Origin: Bifidobacteriaceae bacterium
Lineage (GTDB): Bacteria > Actinomycetota > Actinomycetes > Actinomycetales > Bifidobacteriaceae
DNA length: 24,584 nucleotides
Direction: 5' to 3'
Assembly: GCA_031260825.1 (NCBI GenBank)
Contig: JAISKS010000029.1
Span: 1-24,584 of the forward strand
Shown here in pieces: positions 9,697-18,484 of this stretch; position 1 is the stretch's first letter; every line of letters starts with the position of its first letter. Under the pieces are notes generated by a model. It saw nothing but the letters and a program-made list of their open reading frames with translations. It had not been told where the DNA came from and searched no databases. A program made the translations under genes and the position numbers.

Positions 9697-11514
9697 TTAT
9701 ACCCCAGCCGTAGCCTCAAACGCAGCCTTCAAAACATCCGCCGAAGGATTAGTCGCTATTTCCCATTCATCAAAATCGCGCAGAACTACGAATCTTAAAT
9801 CTGCGCCTCGAGCTTTTTTATCGATTTGCATTACGCTCAAAAATTCATCAAGCGTATAAGAACTAATTCCGGGTGAGTATTTTTCGAGTTCAGATAATGT
9901 TGATGGCAATCCAACAACTTTTAATGATTTAAGAATTTGGTCCAAAACTTTCGGAGAAGTAGTACCTAATTCTACACCTAAATGCGCCGCAAAAACCATA
10001 CCGACTCCAACTGCCTCGCCGTGACGCACTTCATAGGCTGAATGTTTTTCAATTGCGTGTGCGAAAGTATGACCGAAATTTAAAAGTTCGCGCTCGCCTT
10101 GCTCAGTAAAATCTTTTGATACAACTTGAATTTTTACGCCAACAGATTTGAAAGTTAATTTTATTAATGATTTCAGATCGATTGAATCTCCAACAGGATC
10201 GCTATCAGAACCAGACTCGCCGCCAAAATTTACACTCTCAAAAAACTCATCAATCATCGGAAGAATTGATTTGTCACGAATGCAACCTGCTTTTATAATT
10301 TCGCCGAATGCTTCTTTGAAATCGCGAATACTAAGTGTGTATAATGATTCTAACCCGCAATAAACTTTTAGTGGGTTATAAAAAGCTCCGACTAAATTTT
10401 TACCCGCTTCCAAATTCACAGCAGTTTTTCCGCCAGTTGATGCATCGACGATTGCGAGAAGCGAAGTGGGTACATTGAAATATCGAATGCCGCGTAAATA
10501 TGCCGCTGCGCAGTAACCACTCATATCAGTTAGCGCACCTCCGCCAACTCCGATAATTAAATCATTTCTTGTAAAACCAGAGCCCGCAAGATCTTCTAAA
10601 ACTCCTGCAAATTCAGTGAGCTTTTTGCCATCTTCACCATCAGGTACTTCACGCAAATAAACTTGTTTATTAAGTTTAAAATGAGCAACACTTTCGCGTA
10701 TTCGCTCAGCATATGCTACTGTATTTGAGGTATGTAATATCATAATTTTTTCAGAATTATAAGGAATATCGGCAGTTAATTCATGAATTAAATCATCATA
10801 ACTCATTGACATTATCACGTCGTAAATAGTACCACATACATTTGAATCTGGTTTGTTAGATTTATCAGGACCTAATTCTGGGGGAGTTGAGCATACATTT
10901 TGTCGATAGAATTTGAATGCATTTGAAATTATTGCAGAGTTATCTTTTGACTCCACGCGCACTCCATCTATTGATGAAAATATTGAAACAGACGCAAGCT
11001 TTTCGTATATCACTGCACGTTTTTTGAAAAGCTCATTCCAATCAGATGGAGTTTTTAAAAGTGGTCTATTTGAATTATTAAATATAATATCATCGCCGTT
11101 AAATCCGTAGCTTTTTGTGTATACAATAATAGCGCCGTTTTCACGCTGTCGCATTATTGCATTATAAACTTCTTGATTTAAAACAGCTCCGCCACCTGTT
11201 GAAATAATATTATTAGCAGTCGAAGATAGTGCTTTTTTTATGACTTTTGCTTCTAAATTTCGAAACTCTAATTCACCAAATTTTTCAAAATAATCAGAGA
11301 TACTCATACTGGCTTTTTCCATTACTAATTGGTCTGTATCAATGAATTTATATCCATATGACATATTGTTTAGAATGCTACAAAGCTCCATTCCAATATG
11401 AGATTTTCCAGTTCCAGGCATTCCGATAAAAATAATTTTTGGATTATTAAAATTCGGAAGTGTACGAATTTTTTTCGATAAATTACTAGGTTTGATTTGC
11501 ATAATTATAACCAA
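9697..11514 (-). CDS. aroKB: Bifunctional shikimate kinase / 3-dehydroquinate synthase; the real start may be the ATG at 11502
   Basis: AroK: FIGMPGTGKS, FIDTD, GELEFRNLE, STGGGAV, NRPLL. AroB: GVGGGALTDMSG, PTSLLAIVDASTGGKT, LNFGHTFAHAIE, HGEAV. Confidence 0.95.
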   Translation of the reverse strand: MVIIMQIKPSNLSKKIRTLPNFNNPKIIFIGMPGTGKSHIGMELCSILNNMSYGYKFIDTDQLVMEKASMSISDYFEKFGELEFRNLEAKVIKKALSSTANNIISTGGGAVLNQEVYNAIMRQRENGAIIVYTKSYGFNGDDIIFNNSNRPLLKTPSDWNELFKKRAVIYEKLASVSIFSSIDGVRVESKDNSAIISNAFKFYRQNVCSTPPELGPDKSNKPDSNVCGTIYDVIMSMSYDDLIHELTADIPYNSEKIMILHTSNTVAYAERIRESVAHFKLNKQVYLREVPDGEDGKKLTEFAGVLEDLAGSGFTRNDLIIGVGGGALTDMSGYCAAAYLRGIRYFNVPTSLLAIVDASTGGKTAVNLEAGKNLVGAFYNPLKVYCGLESLYTLSIRDFKEAFGEIIKAGCIRDKSILPMIDEFFESVNFGGESGSDSDPVGDSIDLKSLIKLTFKSVGVKIQVVSKDFTEQGERELLNFGHTFAHAIEKHSAYEVRHGEAVGVGMVFAAHLGVELGTTSPKVLDQILKSLKVVGLPSTLSELEKYSPGISSYTLDEFLSVMQIDKKARGADLRFVVLRDFDEWEIATNPSADVLKAAFEATAGV

Positions 11515-11517
11515 GAA

Positions 11518-12666
11518 TTAAGAGTGTAATTCATTATAAAACTTTATATAATCAGCGCGATCTTTATAATAGTTTTCGAAATTTGATACTGTTTGATTAA
11601 GACTATCTCCACCAAATTTATCTAAAATTGCATCTGCTACAATTAGCGCAACCTCAGCATTTACTACCTTTGCAGCAGGCTCAACAGCCGAAGCATCTGA
11701 ACGCTGAGGATGTGCCTGAGTCGGTTCACCGGTTCGAATGTCAATTGTTTTTAGTGCTTTTGGTACAGAAGGAATCGGTTTTACAGTTGCCGTAACAACT
11801 AAATCTTCACCATTAGAAATCCCGCCTTCAATGCCACCAGCATTATTTGTAATTCGTTTTAAAGTACTTGATGAAGAATTATTTTTTTGGGCTTCAATTA
11901 GTTCAATTTCGTCATGCGCTACACTTCCTGGGAGCGATGCATATTCTGTTCCAGCACCGATTTCAACAGCTTTCACAGCCTGAATACTCATTATAGCACC
12001 AGCCAATTGTGATTCAAGACGCGAATCATCGCTCACAAATGAACCAAGTCCATATGGCATATTTGATACAGTTGTTTGAACTTTTCCGCCAACAGTTTCG
12101 CCGTTTTCTGAGCACCAATCAGCGACTTTTTTAATATCAGATTCGGTAGGATTAACAACATCATAAAACTGTGTAATTTTATCTGTTACAATAATATTGA
12201 ACTCGTTTAGTAGTGTTGTAGCAACTGCACCAAGTGCAACTCTTGCCGCTGTTTCTCGAGCAGACGCGCGTTCAAGTGCAAAGCGAGCTGTCTCAAAATC
12301 GTATTTTCTGATTGCCTCTAAATCGGCATGACCTGGGCGAGGTGAATATAAACTCATAGGGTCTTTTTCGCCGTTAGAATCTGTCGCCATAAAAGCTTCC
12401 CATTTTGGCCATTCAGAATTATAAATTATAATACTTATCGGAGCGCCAGTTGTAACACCTTGATAAACCCCAGTTAATATCTCGATTTTATCTTCTTCAA
12501 ATTTTTGGCGAGCTCCACGTGCAACGCCCTCTCGCCTTGCAGCAAGGGCATCTGAAATAATAGTAGTGTTTATTTTTAATCCAGCAGGAATTCCTTCAAT
12601 GCTTGCAACCAAGCCTTTTCCGTGTGATTCTCCTGCAGTCGTCCATTTTATTTTTTTTCCAATCAT
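11518..12666 (-). CDS. aroC: Chorismate synthase
   Basis: TTAGESHG, PRPGHAD, ERASARETAARVA, IQAVKAVEIG, NNAGGIEGGISNG, KPIPS, RSD. Confidence 0.97.
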   Translation of the reverse strand: MIGKKIKWTTAGESHGKGLVASIEGIPAGLKINTTIISDALAARREGVARGARQKFEEDKIEILTGVYQGVTTGAPISIIIYNSEWPKWEAFMATDSNGEKDPMSLYSPRPGHADLEAIRKYDFETARFALERASARETAARVALGAVATTLLNEFNIIVTDKITQFYDVVNPTESDIKKVADWCSENGETVGGKVQTTVSNMPYGLGSFVSDDSRLESQLAGAIMSIQAVKAVEIGAGTEYASLPGSVAHDEIELIEAQKNNSSSSTLKRITNNAGGIEGGISNGEDLVVTATVKPIPSVPKALKTIDIRTGEPTQAHPQRSDASAVEPAAKVVNAEVALIVADAILDKFGGDSLNQTVSNFENYYKDRADYIKFYNELHS

Positions 12667-12672
12667 AATATC

Positions 12673-12681
12673 ATTATACCA
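12673..12681 (-). promoter_or_regulatory. Extended -10 (TGGTATAAT) for a leaderless aroC-aroKB transcript
   Basis: Minus strand reads TGGTATAAT-gatatt-ATG, i.e. 6 nt to the start codon and no room for an SD. Confidence 0.7.
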
Positions 12682-12695
12682 AAATTAGTAGCATA

Positions 12696-12704
12696 TGCTA
12701 TAAT
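12696..12704 (+). promoter_or_regulatory. Extended -10 (TGCTATAAT) for a leaderless permease-ptrB transcript
   Basis: TGCTATAAT-aatattt-ATG (7 nt), no SD. Confidence 0.7.
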
Positions 12705-12711
12705 AATATTT

Positions 12712-14064
12712 ATGTCAAAAACAAAAGATGCATCTGTAAATTTGGAGCGCGGTTTAAAAAATAGACATATCCAATTAATTTCAATCGGTGGAGTTATTGG
12801 TACAGGTTTATTTTTAGGCTCCGGAAAATCAATTGAACTCGCCGGACCGTCACTTTTAATTTCATATATATTAATAGGTGGAGTTGTATTTTTAATCGCG
12901 AGAGCTCTTGGAGAACTTCTTTTATCTGATACATCAAAAAGATCATATATCGATTTTGTTGAAAAATATCTTGGAAAGAGAGCCGCATTTATCACAGGTT
13001 GGTCATATTGGTTTTGCTGGATTTCGCTTGGTATGGCAGACTTAACAGCCACCGGAATGTACATTAAATACTGGGCTCCAGACGTCCCTCAGTGGCTTCC
13101 GGAAATAATAGTTTTAGTAATTTTAGCTATTGTAAATTTTAGCGCTGTAAAATATTTTGGTGAAATTGAATTCTGGTTTGCTCTAATAAAAGTTATCGCT
13201 GTTCTTGGATTAATTATAGTTGGTACTATTTTATTGATCGCAAATTTCGGAAAAGGAAACGATACATCGATTTCTAATTTATGGAATCACGGAGGATTTT
13301 TTCCTAATGGTGCGAGTGGATTCTTATTATCTTTTCAAAAAGTTACATTCGCATTCGTTGGTGTTGAAGTGATTGGAATTATGGCAGGCGAGGCTAAAGA
13401 CCCTGAAACAAATTTACCAAAAGCAATTAATAATGTACCAATAAGAGTTGCAATTTTTTATGTAGGCGCACTTTTTATAATTATGTGCGTTCGTCCTTGG
13501 ACAGAGTACACTGCGAATTTTTCTCCATTTGTTCAAGTATTTGAACAAGCCGGAATTTTAATTGGTGCTACAATTGTTAATTTTGTTGTATTGACATCAG
13601 CTGCTTCAGCTTGCAATTCTGCAATTTATTCAACAAGCCGAATGCTTCATTCAATGGGAGAAAATGAACAAGGACCATCGCGCGCTGCAAATTTGAATAA
13701 AAATGGTGTCCCTGCTTCTGCTGTATTAATGTCTACAATTGTGATTTTAGTTGCGGTGATTGTAAACTATTTTTTCCCAAGTGAAGCCTTTGATATTCTC
13801 TCTAGTCTCTCTACAATTTGTTTTGTTTTCGTTTGGGGAGTAATCGTCTGGACACATAAAAAATATCGCGACATAACAAAAAAACCTAAAGCTTTTCCGA
13901 TGCCGTTTTATCCATATTCGACATATTTAATTTTTGCATTTATTGCAATAGTTACAATTATTATGCTGTTTATCTCAGACACGCTTGTTGCAATTATCTG
14001 TCTTCCATTTTGGCTTGGAGGATTATTTGTAATCTATAATCTAAAATATAAAGGTACAAAATAA
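12712..14064 (+). CDS. APC-superfamily amino acid permease (CycA/AapA/AroP-like)
   Basis: LERGLKNRHIQLISIGGVIGTGLFLG, FGEIEFWFALIKV, FAFVGVEVIG, NSAIYSTSRML. About 12 TM segments. Substrate cannot be determined from the sequence alone. Confidence 0.93.
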   Translation: MSKTKDASVNLERGLKNRHIQLISIGGVIGTGLFLGSGKSIELAGPSLLISYILIGGVVFLIARALGELLLSDTSKRSYIDFVEKYLGKRAAFITGWSYWFCWISLGMADLTATGMYIKYWAPDVPQWLPEIIVLVILAIVNFSAVKYFGEIEFWFALIKVIAVLGLIIVGTILLIANFGKGNDTSISNLWNHGGFFPNGASGFLLSFQKVTFAFVGVEVIGIMAGEAKDPETNLPKAINNVPIRVAIFYVGALFIIMCVRPWTEYTANFSPFVQVFEQAGILIGATIVNFVVLTSAASACNSAIYSTSRMLHSMGENEQGPSRAANLNKNGVPASAVLMSTIVILVAVIVNYFFPSEAFDILSSLSTICFVFVWGVIVWTHKKYRDITKKPKAFPMPFYPYSTYLIFAFIAIVTIIMLFISDTLVAIICLPFWLGGLFVIYNLKYKGTK

Positions 14065-16283
14065 TGAATCCAATAAACAAAAAACCCATTGAAAGAAAAT
14101 TTCATGGAGATACTTTTATTGATAATTATGAATGGGTACGCATCTGGAATGAAAATATTTTCGACAGTAAAAAACCAAAAGAATTTCAAGAATATTTGGA
14201 TTTCGAATCAGCTAAATATAAATCATTTTCAGAGCCACTTAAATCACTATCCGACGATCTATATAAAGAATATCTAGCAAGAATTAATGAATCGAAAATT
14301 TCAGTACCTTCTAGAAATAAAAATTATTGGTATTTTAGTCAAACTATAGAAGGCCTTGATTATCCAATAAGTTATAGATTAAAAGTGACTGATATTGATG
14401 ACTGGAATGTACCTTTTTATACTTCAAATAATCTTAAAATTGACGATATAAAAAATGCAGAGGTATTATTCGATGCAAATATTCAAAAAGGTGAATCGAA
14501 GTTTTATGGACTTGGCACAAGCGATATTACTGAAAATGAAAAATATATGCTTTGGACTGAAGATCGAATTGGCGATGAAAAATACAAACTTTTTATGCGA
14601 AAAATTGGTGAACCAAATTCTGAAATTGCAATTAAAACTAAAGAAAATATTTCTGACGCAGGATTCGATTTAACTGATAAATATATTATTTATACAACTC
14701 ATAATGATCAATATAGATCTGATAAAATTTGGGTTCATAGTTTAGAAAATCCTGATTTAGAAGATCTATTAATTTATAAAGAAGATGATGCGCTTTATAA
14801 TTGTAGTTATGGAATAACAAATGAGCGTTCGCATTATCAATTCTTTTCATATGCCAGTGAATCTGATGTGATTTACACAATTTCAGTACCAGAATTTACT
14901 GATTTAATTGACGAATATTTTAAAAGTAATGGACAAAAAGAAATCAGTTTAGACTTTTTAGGCGAATCATTTTTTGAGAAAAAATTAGGATTCGAATATT
15001 CTATTTCTCCTGTAACAATAAATGGAAAACAGTATTATACTGTAAAACATAATGCTGAAAATATTGATTTTGATATAGATATTTATGATGAAAATAAACA
15101 AAAAATATCTCGAATTATTTCTTCTGAAAATTCAAAATTCAAATTATCATTAAGTTTCAATGCGAATTATTTTATGCTTTCATATAAAGAAGGAATTGAT
15201 ACAAGAATTTTTTATATAAATCGCGCGGATTTTTTGATTAAAACTTTTGATGAACAAAAAGATAACTGGACTGAAATTCTCCCTGATATTAAAACCTCTA
15301 AAGGCGCTGGACTTGGTGCTTATGAATCCAAGATGATTCGATATTCGATTTCATCCCCGATAAAACCGCCGGAACTTTATGATTTTGATCCTGTAACATC
15401 TAAAGAAAATTTGCTTGAAAAATATGAAGTACTTCCTGCGGTTGATGGTACTCCATATGATGAAAAAAATTATGTGTTTAACAGGTTTGAAATAACTGCG
15501 CGAGATGGAGAATTAGTACCTATTACAATAATTAGAAATGCAAAAACTCCTTTAGAAAATGCGAAAGTTTATATGACAGGATATGGCGCTTATGGAATTA
15601 GTTCTGAATCAGGATTTTCCACAAGCCGTCTTTCAATGCTTGATAGAAATGTTGTGTATGCAGTATTTCATATTCGTGGTGGTAGCGAAAAAGGTCGCAA
15701 ATGGTATCTTGATGGAAAGAAATTTAATAAGAAAAATTCGTTTTTTGATTTCATAGATTGTTATAAATATTTGGTTGATACATATCAAATTAATTCAGAA
15801 AAATCAGTGATTACCGGGGGGAGCGCTGGAGGATTATTAGTTGGAGCAGTGCTAAATGAATTAGTTGCTTGTGCAAAATCGAGCGCCGATCTTCCTTCAT
15901 TTATATTAGATGTACCATTTGTGGATGCCTTAACAACAATTTTAAATCCTGAACTTCCGCTTACAATTCCAGAATGGGAGGAGTGGGGAAATCCGATTTC
16001 TTCAAAAGAGGTTTACGAATATATGAAGGAATATTCTCCGTATGAAAATATTGTACCTGTAAAATTTGCTACAAATATATTCATCAAAACTTCTCTATTT
16101 GATTCGCGAGTAATGTTTGTTGAGCCTGTAAAATATGCTGCAGCTTTGCGAGATAATGGATATGATCCGGTTTTACAAATTGAATCTGACCAAGGCGGAC
16201 ATCGCGGGGCAACAGGAAGATATGATTCATATAAAGAGCTCGCTGACGAAACAGCCGCGGCGATTCATTATATGTTAAAGTAA
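14064..16283 (+). CDS. ptrB: Oligopeptidase B / S9A prolyl oligopeptidase family serine peptidase
   Basis: GDTFIDNYEW N-terminus; TGYGAYG, HIRGGSEKGRKWY, GGSAGG (Ser), LPLTIPEWEEWGNP, FDSRV (Asp), GGH (His). TAATG overlap with the permease. Confidence 0.9.
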   Translation: MNPINKKPIERKFHGDTFIDNYEWVRIWNENIFDSKKPKEFQEYLDFESAKYKSFSEPLKSLSDDLYKEYLARINESKISVPSRNKNYWYFSQTIEGLDYPISYRLKVTDIDDWNVPFYTSNNLKIDDIKNAEVLFDANIQKGESKFYGLGTSDITENEKYMLWTEDRIGDEKYKLFMRKIGEPNSEIAIKTKENISDAGFDLTDKYIIYTTHNDQYRSDKIWVHSLENPDLEDLLIYKEDDALYNCSYGITNERSHYQFFSYASESDVIYTISVPEFTDLIDEYFKSNGQKEISLDFLGESFFEKKLGFEYSISPVTINGKQYYTVKHNAENIDFDIDIYDENKQKISRIISSENSKFKLSLSFNANYFMLSYKEGIDTRIFYINRADFLIKTFDEQKDNWTEILPDIKTSKGAGLGAYESKMIRYSISSPIKPPELYDFDPVTSKENLLEKYEVLPAVDGTPYDEKNYVFNRFEITARDGELVPITIIRNAKTPLENAKVYMTGYGAYGISSESGFSTSRLSMLDRNVVYAVFHIRGGSEKGRKWYLDGKKFNKKNSFFDFIDCYKYLVDTYQINSEKSVITGGSAGGLLVGAVLNELVACAKSSADLPSFILDVPFVDALTTILNPELPLTIPEWEEWGNPISSKEVYEYMKEYSPYENIVPVKFATNIFIKTSLFDSRVMFVEPVKYAAALRDNGYDPVLQIESDQGGHRGATGRYDSYKELADETAAAIHYMLK

Positions 16284-16345
16284 TTTTTTTGCCAAAGTTA
16301 ATCTAGGCGCACACTTTATATGTTAAAGTAATTTTTTTTGCCAAA
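16268..16345 (+). repeat. Direct duplication of the ptrB 3' end including its stop codon
   Basis: ttatatgttaaagtaa-T7-gccaaa (16268-16296) and ttatatgttaaagtaa-T8-gccaaa (16316-16345), separated by 19 unrelated nt. Confidence 0.92.
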
Positions 16346-16431
16346 AACCAAACCCACCCATAACCAATTTTCGCCAAAACCCAAATCCCCCCACAACCAA
16401 TTTTCGCCAAAACCAAAATCCACCCACAACC
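16333..16431 (+). repeat. Three tandem imperfect 33-bp C/A-rich units
   Basis: tttttttgccaaaaaccaaacccacccataacc / aattttcgccaaaacccaaatccccccacaacc / aattttcgccaaaaccaaaatccacccacaacc. Confidence 0.9.
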
Positions 16432-16465
16432 GCCTTTTACTAAATAAAACTAAATCTCCCATATA

Positions 16466-16474
16466 TGCTATAAT
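16466..16474 (+). promoter_or_regulatory. Extended -10 (TGCTATAAT) for a leaderless antiporter transcript
   Basis: TGCTATAAT-tgaatt-ATG (6 nt). The 12-mer atatgctataat is identical to the one at 12693-12704. Confidence 0.7.
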
Positions 16475-16480
16475 TGAATT

Positions 16481-18223
16481 ATGCAAGCTTATATCCTAAT
16501 TCTAGTCGCTTTTGGCTCACTTTTAGTCACGGCTGTCGTGCGCAAAACTCAATTTTTGTCTGAATTAGCGCTTGTTCTTGTTGGTTCATTCATATCATTT
16601 TTGCCTCCAATCACTGAAGCTATAAATTCAGCTATACCATTTTTCCCAGTATTATCAGACCTTCCGCATGATCAAATCGAACTAAATCCTGAAGTGATCC
16701 TTGGATTTATTTTGCCTCCGATTCTATTTTCTTCAGCAAGATCTCTCTCAGTTTATCGTTTCAAAAAAGTATTTGGATCTGTTGTTTCACTCGGAATATT
16801 CCTTCCAATTTTCACTGGATTATGTGTCGGTTTCTTATTGATGCATTTATTTCCTCTATATATCACCTTCCCTGTTGCCCTTGTAATAGGGGCTTGCGTG
16901 GCACCTCCAGATGCGATTAGTGTTGTTGCTGTAGGTAGCAAAATCGGATTTCCTGAAAAAATTATGTCAACAATTAAAGGTGAGTCTCTTATAAACGACG
17001 CTGCATCACTTACACTTTTCACAACTGCACTTGCGATGTTAACTGGTGAAACAGGTGGTACTCACGGAAACCCACTTAGCTATTTTATGATTTCACTTTT
17101 TGGAGGAATTTTTGTCGGAGTGCTTTTCGGTTTCATATTCAGACTTTGCAGAAAGGTTCTCGAGGAGCCTTCATTAATTTCGGTTTTCACAGCACTCTTC
17201 CCATTTATGACATATTTGGTCGCGGAACATTTCCATTGTTCTGGCGTGATCGCAGTTGTGATTGTTGGTCTTATCAGTCAAAAAAATGTTGTGCGCGCGC
17301 ATTATAGTACCCGCATACAAGAAACGGAACTTTGGAAAACAATCGACACATTAATCGAAACTTTCGTATTTGGATATATCGGCCTTCAAGCTCATTCGAT
17401 TTATGAAGATCTTGTAGAATCTACAATCCCTAATAAAATTGAAATAGAAGTTGCTATAATTTGTTTAATCGTAGTGATTATATCGCGTCCTGCATTTTTA
17501 TTCACAGTTAATTTTTTCCAAAGAATTAATATTAGAGTCATTTCTCATGTGATAGAAAAAGTTGATTTCACAAAAAAACGTATGCTTAATAAATGGGTAC
17601 AATTACGTTACAGCAACCTAAAACGCAGAAGAGAATATATGAAAAATACTTTACTTAGTTATCGCGAAACTGCTGTGATTTCTTGGTGCGGAGTTCGCGG
17701 AGTGATCACTCTTGCTGCCGCATCTGCCGTACCATTTTTCGATACTGCTGGAAATGAAATCACCCAACATGCAACGATTCAACTTTGCGGATATGTCATC
17801 ACAGTTGGTACATTATTTATTCAAGGTCCTACACTTTCTGCGCTAAGCAAATGGGCACTTACAGGTACCAAAAAGAATGAGAGAATTTTCGAAAATCAAT
17901 ATATCTTTGGGCGTATGCTAATCAGTGAAGCTGCCAATGAAGTGATTGACGAAATGTACGAAGATGATCCAGAGTTAATTGATAAAGATGAACTTAGAAA
18001 TATTTGGATTGGTGTGCAACGCCCTGGTGAAAATGCGAAAAAACATTTAGGTACAGATGCAATTCCAGAGTTTTTGCAAGATGTATTTGAACGTCAACGC
18101 AAACTACTTAAACGTGCAGTGATCGATGGTGACTTGGAAGCTGATGTGGCCAATATATTCTTAAACCGAATGGACCTTAGACAGTCACTTTATATTTCGA
18201 AATCAACTGGCGCTGAAGAATAA
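16481..18223 (+). CDS. CPA1-family Na+(K+)/H+ antiporter (YjcE/NhaP-like)
   Basis: ILPPILF, GACVAPPDAISV, IKGESLINDAASL, YLVAEHFHCSGVIAVV, SWCGVRGVITLAAA. Multi-TM with a soluble C-terminal tail. Confidence 0.92.
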   Translation: MQAYILILVAFGSLLVTAVVRKTQFLSELALVLVGSFISFLPPITEAINSAIPFFPVLSDLPHDQIELNPEVILGFILPPILFSSARSLSVYRFKKVFGSVVSLGIFLPIFTGLCVGFLLMHLFPLYITFPVALVIGACVAPPDAISVVAVGSKIGFPEKIMSTIKGESLINDAASLTLFTTALAMLTGETGGTHGNPLSYFMISLFGGIFVGVLFGFIFRLCRKVLEEPSLISVFTALFPFMTYLVAEHFHCSGVIAVVIVGLISQKNVVRAHYSTRIQETELWKTIDTLIETFVFGYIGLQAHSIYEDLVESTIPNKIEIEVAIICLIVVIISRPAFLFTVNFFQRINIRVISHVIEKVDFTKKRMLNKWVQLRYSNLKRRREYMKNTLLSYRETAVISWCGVRGVITLAAASAVPFFDTAGNEITQHATIQLCGYVITVGTLFIQGPTLSALSKWALTGTKKNERIFENQYIFGRMLISEAANEVIDEMYEDDPELIDKDELRNIWIGVQRPGENAKKHLGTDAIPEFLQDVFERQRKLLKRAVIDGDLEADVANIFLNRMDLRQSLYISKSTGAEE

Positions 18224-18240
18224 TTTTTTCTCTCTCCCCG

Positions 18241-18289
18241 CGAGTATATGTTTTATCGACGATAAACTGCCCCAAAAACCATATACTCG
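18241..18289. repeat. Nested inverted repeat downstream of the antiporter (terminator- or REP-like)
   Basis: Perfect 10-bp arms cgagtatatg (18241-18250) / catatactcg (18280-18289) enclose the near-perfect palindrome tttatcg-a-cgataaa (18252-18266). Confidence 0.7.
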
Positions 18290-18328
18290 TAGGCAAAAAT
18301 TGCGGTATAGCGTATGACTGTGTTTTTC

Positions 18329-18356
18329 TTGCGTTGCATTTAATTTATGGTAAAAT
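18329..18356 (+). promoter_or_regulatory. Sigma70-type promoter for ffs
   Basis: TTGCGT-16 nt-TAAAAT with a TGG extension. Predicts a start near 18363, coinciding with the RNA's closing stem. Confidence 0.7.
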
Positions 18357-18362
18357 ATAAGT

Positions 18363-18443
18363 ACTCCTCAAGGTCGTGACTAATCTAATCCCCCAGGGCT
18401 TAACTGCAGCAAGGGTACGAGATAGAACGGGGTTTGGGGAGCT
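18363..18443 (+). ncRNA. ffs: Signal recognition particle (4.5S) RNA, actinobacterial small type
   Basis: Closing stem ctcctcaa (18364-18371) / ttggggag (18434-18441). The core CCCCCAGGGC-TTAACT-GCAGCAAGGG matches the actinobacterial helix 8 pattern (CCCCAGGGC-nGGAAn-GCAGCAAGGG), with the CAGG/AGCA symmetric loop. Confidence 0.85.
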
Positions 18444-18484
18444 TTAAAAATCATAATAATAAAATTAGTAAGGCAAAAGATTAT

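Noticed and set aside
7513-11514. Cmk-Der and AroK-AroB fusions as novelties
   Set aside because: Both are established fusions in bifidobacteria and related Actinobacteria. They are useful only as taxonomic markers.
16333-16431. 33-bp repeats as a CRISPR array
   Set aside because: The units are contiguous with no unique spacers, they are non-palindromic, and there are no cas genes.
18361-18443. Riboswitch or leader RNA for the downstream gene
   Set aside because: It lacks SAM-I/IV, TPP, T-box or other aptamer motifs I recognise, and the core matches SRP helix 8.
18434-18484. ORF-track TTG start for the fibre-like gene
   Set aside because: It lies within the 3' strand of the SRP RNA closing stem. 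ATG 18485 gives a normal signal-peptide N-terminus.
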